This document shows, piece by piece, positions 58,768-64,000 of a DNA stretch of 64,000 nucleotides. A program made the position numbers and the translations under genes. Numbering within the stretch: the first letter of the stretch is position 1; every line of letters starts with the position of its first letter. The DNA lies in contig JAWBAK010000001.1 of NCBI GenBank assembly GCA_038997165.1, positions 342,108 through 406,107 of the forward strand, read 5' to 3'. This DNA is from Candidatus Aenigmatarchaeota archaeon. Its GTDB lineage: Archaea > Aenigmatarchaeota > Aenigmatarchaeia > CG10238-14 > SpSt-28. The notes beneath the pieces are model-generated. The model was not told the DNA's origin and did no database searches. It saw only the letters and a list, made by a program, of their open reading frames with translations.

Positions 58768-59794
58768 TTTTATTTCTTCAGTTAATTATCCAAATGTTAA
58801 TTTGGGTGTTTTGTCTTTACCTATAATAGATGAAAGAAGTTATTATTTAGATTTTCCAGAATTATGGTATAAAGATAAATTAAGTTTTGAAAAGATAATT
58901 GAATTAAGAGCAAGTTTAATATATTCTTTTAAAAATGTTAATATAAAAAAACAATTTAGTTTATCAGAAAAAATTCAAGAATTGGCATTAGCAAAAAATG
59001 TTGTAGATTTGGAAGTTAATTTAAAAAATTATCCTAAATTTAAATTTTTGTTTAATAAATATTTTGCTCCTATTGGAAATCCTGCAAAAATAGAAAATTT
59101 AAAAATTCAAAGCAATATAAAAATTGAAAATTTTGTTGAAAAAATTGTTAATGATGAAATTAAAGCTTCTGAGGCAACATTTTTATTATATAAAAAAGGA
59201 TTGGAAATATCTAGAATTCAAAAAATTTTTTCTGCTGGATTATTGGGTATCGAAAAGAAATTTGTTCCAACTAGATGGAGCATTACAGCTATAGATAGTA
59301 TTATTAGCGAGAAATTAATCAAAAAAATTAGAGATTATAAAATCTTAGATAAATTTCAAATTTTTTATAATGAATATTTAGGAAACAAATTTTGGATTGT
59401 TCTATTACCATATGTTTTTGGTTTTGAAATGATAGAGTTTATTGGAAATAAATTTTATCAAGATTATGAAATATTTTTTGAGAGAAAAAAATATGCAGAA
59501 AGTGTTGCAGGTGGTTACTATGCAGCTCGATTAGCATGTTGCGAATATTTAGAAAGAATAAAAAGGCAAGCTGCTATAATTGTTTTTAGAAAAATAGAAG
59601 AGTTTTATACAATTCCTTTAGGTGTATGGAAAGTTAGAGAATGTATAAGAGATGCTCTTAACAAAAAACCTATTGAGTTAAATTCTTTAGAAGAATTGTT
59701 AAAATATTTAAGCAATACAAATTTAAATATAGAGTTAAGTAAGATTTTAAGAATTTATACTAAACAAAAAAGAGTAATTTATTTTAATATTTAA
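58619..59794 (+). CDS. Nre-family (DUF650/DUF651) putative DNA repair protein
   Basis: GSSPPSIFISSVNYPNV and VPTRWSITAIDS resemble the archaeal Nre N/C domains. The likely start is the Met at 58664 (MKFREIP). Confidence 0.5.
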   Translation: MFIASNLKIIKFNIFMKFREIPKELIKNVYKWKILIENKKDFVGSSPPSIFISSVNYPNVNLGVLSLPIIDERSYYLDFPELWYKDKLSFEKIIELRASLIYSFKNVNIKKQFSLSEKIQELALAKNVVDLEVNLKNYPKFKFLFNKYFAPIGNPAKIENLKIQSNIKIENFVEKIVNDEIKASEATFLLYKKGLEISRIQKIFSAGLLGIEKKFVPTRWSITAIDSIISEKLIKKIRDYKILDKFQIFYNEYLGNKFWIVLLPYVFGFEMIEFIGNKFYQDYEIFFERKKYAESVAGGYYAARLACCEYLERIKRQAAIIVFRKIEEFYTIPLGVWKVRECIRDALNKKPIELNSLEELLKYLSNTNLNIELSKILRIYTKQKRVIYFNI

Positions 59795-59814
59795 AAATAT
59801 TTTAAAGGCAAATT

Positions 59815-59864
59815 ACAAAACAATTAAATGCATACCATTATGGAAATGGTTGCTAGAAATTTAA
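59815..59864 (+). repeat. Orphan fragment of the conserved ATPase 3' module (last ~16 codons plus stop)
   Basis: ACAAAACAATTAAATGCATACCATTATGGAAATGGTTG matches the 3' ends of the genes ending at 62599 and 63988. It reads KTIKCIPLWKWLLEI-stop but has no gene body upstream. Confidence 0.7.
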
Positions 59865-59894
59865 AAGTTATTTTTTTCTGAAATTTTAATAAAC

Positions 59895-59912
59895 TTCCCT
59901 ATATATAGGGAA
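59895..59912. promoter_or_regulatory. Perfect 18-bp palindrome TTCCCTATATATAGGGAA with TATA-like core, upstream of the first ATPase paralog
   Basis: Self-complementary by inspection. The half-site TTTCCCTATATAT recurs at 59928..59940, and a related ATCTTTCCTAAATATAT lies at 61302..61318 before paralog 2. Confidence 0.3.
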
Positions 59913-59942
59913 ATATTTATTTAAATCTTTCCCTATATATTT

Positions 59943-61229
59943 ATGGTAGGGGACTTAAAAAGATATTTTCTAAACAAAAAGGAAGAAATAAAAAATTTGA
60001 AAGTTGAAAAAAGGTTAATACCTCATTCTTTTTCTATAGAGTTTATTTCTTGTATAATAGGTCCTAGAAGAGCTGGAAAAACTTATTTTTTATATGACTT
60101 AATTCTCAATAAATTACATTTGAAGGATTCCGATTATCTTTTTGTGAATTTTGAGGATTATGAAATCAAAGGAAGAAATAGAAAAGAAATTTTTAATATC
60201 ATTCATTATCACAACGAAATATATGGAAAATATCCACAATATCTATTTTTTGATGAAATTCAAGCATTAGAAAATTGGCAGAGTTTTGTTTATTCACTCT
60301 ATGAAAAGAAAAAGTATTTTATCTTTATTACCGGCTCTTCTTCAAAATTATCTAGTAGAGAAATTGCAACACAATTAAGGGGAAGAACCTTTTCATTAAA
60401 AGTTCTTCCATTCAGCTTTAAGGAAATTTTATCTATTAAAAATTTTGAGTTAAACAAAAGTGTTTTTTCCTCTTACGAAGAGTCAGAAATTAAGCATATA
60501 TTAAAAAATTATTTGGAGAAAGGCGGATTTCCGCAGCTATGGATAGAAAAAATTAATGAAAAAATATTTTTTGGAGATTATATAGATGTTGTAGTTTTTA
60601 AAGATATAGTTGATAGATTTAAAATTAGGAACATAACAACAATAAAAATGTTAATTTCTTCTTGTATTTCATCTTTTTCAAAAGAGTTTTCAATCAAAAA
60701 AGTATATAATACTTTAAAGAGTATGGGAATTAAAATTAGTAAAAATTCTTTATATTCTTATTCTTCTATGTTAAGAGAAGTAATGTTTTGTTTTAACGTT
60801 TATAAATTTAGTTATTCTGAAAGGGAAATTTTGGGTTCAATTCCAAAGATATATATCTGCGATGTTGGTATTCCAAATTTTTATTTATCCTCAAAAATAG
60901 ATGAAAATATAGGCAGAATAATGGAAAATGTTGTTTTTTTGGAATTATATAGAAATGAAAATATTGATATTTTTTATTGGAAAGATTATCAACAAAACGA
61001 AGTAGATTTTGTAATTAAAGAAGGATTAAATATTAAACAATTAATTCAAGTAACTTATGCATCTAATAAAGATGAAATTGAAAAAAGAGAAATAAAAGCA
61101 TTAATTAAAGCAAGTGAATTGCTTAAATGCAAAGACTTATTAATAATTACTTGGGATTATGAAGATGAAATAAATTTTGAAAACAAAAAAATTAAATGCA
61201 TTCCATTGTGGAAATGGTTGTTATTTTAG
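59943..61229 (+). CDS. AAA-type ATPase with DUF4143/PD-(D/E)xK-like C-terminus (COG1373 family), paralog 1
   Basis: Walker A GPRRAGKTY, Walker B FFDEIQ, GSSS...QLRGR, C-terminal NEVDFVIKEG. Confidence 0.75.
   Translation: MVGDLKRYFLNKKEEIKNLKVEKRLIPHSFSIEFISCIIGPRRAGKTYFLYDLILNKLHLKDSDYLFVNFEDYEIKGRNRKEIFNIIHYHNEIYGKYPQYLFFDEIQALENWQSFVYSLYEKKKYFIFITGSSSKLSSREIATQLRGRTFSLKVLPFSFKEILSIKNFELNKSVFSSYEESEIKHILKNYLEKGGFPQLWIEKINEKIFFGDYIDVVVFKDIVDRFKIRNITTIKMLISSCISSFSKEFSIKKVYNTLKSMGIKISKNSLYSYSSMLREVMFCFNVYKFSYSEREILGSIPKIYICDVGIPNFYLSSKIDENIGRIMENVVFLELYRNENIDIFYWKDYQQNEVDFVIKEGLNIKQLIQVTYASNKDEIEKREIKALIKASELLKCKDLLIITWDYEDEINFENKKIKCIPLWKWLLF
60981..61229 (+). repeat. Conserved 3' module, copy 1 (~250 nt)
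   Basis: From AAAGATTATCAACAAAACGAAGTAGATTTTG to the stop it is nearly identical in nucleotide sequence to 62348..62599 and highly similar to 63758..63988. Confidence 0.85.
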
Positions 61230-61321
61230 CAATATAACTACAAGCCTTTTAAAATGTTCGTGATTATTAAAGTTTCATATTATGGGTAAACTTTTTAAAT
61301 AATCTTTCCTAAATATATGAT

Positions 61322-62599
61322 ATGTTTGAGAAAGATTTTGTGCTTCAATATTTTGATAGAATTATTGAGAAAATTAAAGTCGAAAGAATTTTTGAAAGAG
61401 AGTTAAAAGTAGATTTTCTTAAAAATAAGGCTATAGCAATAATTGGACCAAGAAGAGCTGGAAAAACTTATTTTTTACTTAATATTTTAAAAAATAATAA
61501 AAATGCTTTATACGTTGATTTAGAGCATTCTGCCTTCAAAGAAATTACACATAAAGAATTTTTTGAAATAATATCGATTTTTGAAGAATATTTTAAAACT
61601 AGAGTTGAAAAAGTGATTATCGATGAAATACAAAATTTAAATAACTGGGAAAGTTTAGTTAGGAGTTTGCTTGATAGCGGATATTATTTGATGATTTCAG
61701 GTTCTTCTTCAAAATTGTTAAGTAAAGAAGTTTCGACTCAATTAAGGGGAAGAAGCTTAAGTTATGTTTTATTGCCCTTAAGTTTTAGAGAGTATCTTAA
61801 ATTTAAAAATATAGAAAGAAAAAAACTTATATCAATTTCTGAAAAAGTGAAGATAATTAAACTTTTAGAAGAGTTCCTAGAATGGGGTAGTTATCCAGAA
61901 ATATTGGTTTATCCAGAAAAAAAGGAAAAAATTTTAAAAGAATACTTTGATACAATTTTTCAAAAAGATTTTATAGAAAGATTTGAAATAGTTCATACTT
62001 ATATTGCAAAATTACTCTTCGAATTTGTTATTCAAAACTTTTCAAAAGAAATAAGTTTAAACAAAATAGCTAATTTTATTTCTTCAAAAATAGGAAGAAA
62101 TATTAAAAATATTGTTTATGATTATGCGGAAAAATTACCAGAAAGTTTAAGCGTATTTTTTGTAGAAAAACTTAGTAAAAGCATTTATGAAAGAAAATCT
62201 TTAGGAAGAAAAATTTATGTTTGTGATTTGGGTTTAGTGTCGATGTTAAGCATGGAAAAAAATATAGGAAGAAGAATGGAAAACGCTGTTTTTCTTGAAT
62301 TATTAAGAAACACTAATTTTAATCCCTTACAAGAAATCTATTATTTCAAAGATTATCAACAAAACGAAGTAGATTTTGTAATTAAAGAAGGATTAAATAT
62401 TAAACAGTTAATTCAAGTAACTTATGCATCTAATAAAGATGAAATTGAAAAAAGAGAAATAAAAGCATTAATTAAAGCTTCAGAGCAATTAAAATGCAAA
62501 GACTTATTAATAATTACTTGGGATTATGAAGATGAAATAAATTTTGAAAACAAAAAAATTAAATGCATACCATTATGGAAATGGTTATTAAGAATTTAA
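61322..62599 (+). CDS. AAA-type ATPase with DUF4143/PD-(D/E)xK-like C-terminus (COG1373 family), paralog 2
   Basis: GPRRAGKTY, IIDEIQ, GSSS...QLRGR, NEVDFVIKEG. Confidence 0.75.
   Translation: MFEKDFVLQYFDRIIEKIKVERIFERELKVDFLKNKAIAIIGPRRAGKTYFLLNILKNNKNALYVDLEHSAFKEITHKEFFEIISIFEEYFKTRVEKVIIDEIQNLNNWESLVRSLLDSGYYLMISGSSSKLLSKEVSTQLRGRSLSYVLLPLSFREYLKFKNIERKKLISISEKVKIIKLLEEFLEWGSYPEILVYPEKKEKILKEYFDTIFQKDFIERFEIVHTYIAKLLFEFVIQNFSKEISLNKIANFISSKIGRNIKNIVYDYAEKLPESLSVFFVEKLSKSIYERKSLGRKIYVCDLGLVSMLSMEKNIGRRMENAVFLELLRNTNFNPLQEIYYFKDYQQNEVDFVIKEGLNIKQLIQVTYASNKDEIEKREIKALIKASEQLKCKDLLIITWDYEDEINFENKKIKCIPLWKWLLRI
62348..62599 (+). repeat. Conserved 3' module, copy 2
   Basis: See copy 1. The internal protein difference to copy 1 is ASELLKC versus ASEQLKC, plus the last residues. 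Confidence 0.85.
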
Positions 62600-62659
62600 A
62601 AGCTATATAATTTAGAATATGTCACAAGTGACGTAAAATATTAATTTTTTATGTCATAA

Positions 62660-63988
62660 ATGATATATATGAAGAAAGAGGAAATAATAAGTGTATTATC
62701 TTCGGTTAATTTTTGGGGAAGAGAAGATATAGATGTAGGAATAGAGAGAAAATTTTATAATTCTCAAATATTAAATTTTTTAAAAGGTGTTGAAAAAGTA
62801 ATAACAATAACAGGAGTTAGAAGGAGTGGAAAGAGTTATATATTAAAGCAAATTGGAAAAAAGTTATCAGAAAAGTTTGGAAAAGAAAACGTTCTTTATG
62901 TTAATTTCGAAGAAGTTAAATTTTTTGAGGAGCTAAGCTTATCTTTTTTAATAAAAATATACGATGCTTTTAAAGAAATTGTGAGACCAAAAACAAAACC
63001 TTTTTTAATTTTGGATGAAATTCAAGAGGTTCCAAAATGGGAAAAGTTTGTTAGAAGCTTGCATGAAAAAAAAGAAGCTTTTCTTATAATTTCTGGCTCT
63101 TCTTCAAAGCTTTTTAGTGAAGAACTTGCTACTTTATTAGCTGGTAGAGAATTAGAAATAGAGGTATTTCCATTGGATTTTAAAGAGTTTCTCCAGTTTA
63201 AAAATTTTGAAATAGAAAAAGAAATAGATTTAATTATAAAAAAAGAAAAAATTATAAGATTTCTCAGAGAATTTTTAGAATTTGGTGGCTTTCCAGAGGT
63301 TGTTTTAGAAGAAAATGAAAACAAGAAAATTGGTATTATTAGAAAATATTTTGATACAATAGTATTAAAAGATGTTTTAAGAAGGTTTAAATTAAGAGAA
63401 AGTTATAAGTTAGAAGCGCTCTGTAATTATTACGTTTCAAACTTTTCAAACTTAATAACTTTTAATTCTGTTGCAAGATTTCTTAAAATTTCTGAAAAGA
63501 CTACTGAAAGATTTTCAAAGTATTTGCAAATTGCAAGAATTATATTTTTTGTTGAAAGATTTTCATATTCATTTAAATCAAGATATAAATCTGCTAGGAA
63601 AGTTTATGTTATAGATACTTCTTTTTCAAATTTATTAGGAATAAGGTTTTCAGAAAATATAGGTAGACTTATGGAAAATTTGGTTGCTATAGAACTATTA
63701 AGAAGATCGAAGAGAAGTTTAAAAGAAAATTTCTTTTATTTAAAAATTAATGATAGCGAGGTTGATTTTGTTATTAAAGAAGGCTTAAATATTAAGCAAT
63801 TAATTCAAGTAACTTATGCATCAAATAAAGATGAAATTGAAAAAAGAGAAATAAAAGCATTATTAAAAGCAAGTGAATTATTAAAATGCAAAGATTTATT
63901 AATAATTACTTGGGATTATGAGGATGAGATAAATTTTGAAAACAAAACAATTAAATGCATACCATTATGGAAATGGTTGTTAAGTTAA
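62660..63988 (+). CDS. AAA-type ATPase with DUF4143/PD-(D/E)xK-like C-terminus (COG1373 family), paralog 3
   Basis: GVRRSGKSY, ILDEIQ, GSSS..LLAGR, SEVDFVIKEG. Confidence 0.75.
   Translation: MIYMKKEEIISVLSSVNFWGREDIDVGIERKFYNSQILNFLKGVEKVITITGVRRSGKSYILKQIGKKLSEKFGKENVLYVNFEEVKFFEELSLSFLIKIYDAFKEIVRPKTKPFLILDEIQEVPKWEKFVRSLHEKKEAFLIISGSSSKLFSEELATLLAGRELEIEVFPLDFKEFLQFKNFEIEKEIDLIIKKEKIIRFLREFLEFGGFPEVVLEENENKKIGIIRKYFDTIVLKDVLRRFKLRESYKLEALCNYYVSNFSNLITFNSVARFLKISEKTTERFSKYLQIARIIFFVERFSYSFKSRYKSARKVYVIDTSFSNLLGIRFSENIGRLMENLVAIELLRRSKRSLKENFFYLKINDSEVDFVIKEGLNIKQLIQVTYASNKDEIEKREIKALLKASELLKCKDLLIITWDYEDEINFENKTIKCIPLWKWLLS
63758..63988 (+). repeat. Conserved 3' module, copy 3
   Basis: Same module with scattered, mostly synonymous substitutions. 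Protein differs from copy 1 at a few positions (ALLKAS, ENKTIKC). Confidence 0.8.
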
Positions 63989-64000
63989 TTTTTTAAAATT

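Noticed and set aside
59815-63988. Diversity-generating retroelement (template/variable repeat) as an explanation for the repeated 3' modules.
   Set aside because: There is no reverse transcriptase in the window. All full copies are in-frame gene ends rather than a non-coding template. The few differences between copies are not adenine-specific.

Overview
Very AT-rich, tightly packed archaeal chromosome segment. Archaeal origin is shown by aIF5A, eL18, eL43, RpoP, a class I CCA-adding enzyme, two-subunit PheRS, intron-containing tRNAs, SRP RNA and a box C/D sRNA. Small proteins, scattered ribosomal-protein genes and many membrane-anchored proteins suggest a reduced DPANN-like lineage, but that is inference only. 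I support about 75 protein genes: translation, tRNA modification, partial glycolysis (cupin PGI, TIM, ApgM, enolase, PfkB kinase), a glycosyltransferase island and several thioredoxin/DsbA-like proteins. I also support 10 tRNA genes (5 with introns), SRP RNA, an RpoP gene missing from the ORF track, and one canonical box C/D sRNA. I saw no CRISPR array, transposase, integrase or reverse transcriptase. The most unusual observations are these. (1) Three tandem COG1373-type AAA ATPase/DUF4143 paralogs at 59.9-64.0 kb have diverged 5' parts and a nearly identical ~250-nt 3' module, with an orphan copy of the module end upstream. (2) An uncharacterised gene at 52.8-54.1 kb is split into three ORFs by a ~12-nt G/C tract and a 9-nt A/T tract whose frame shifts compensate each other. 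(3) Both tRNA-Ser genes carry long introns with box C/D-like 12-nt spacing, while the tRNA-Trp intron is short and box-free. (4) An overlapping gene pair encodes a ligase-like nucleotidyltransferase and a PIN-like protein. All functional calls rest on motifs read by eye from the ORF track; no database search was run.
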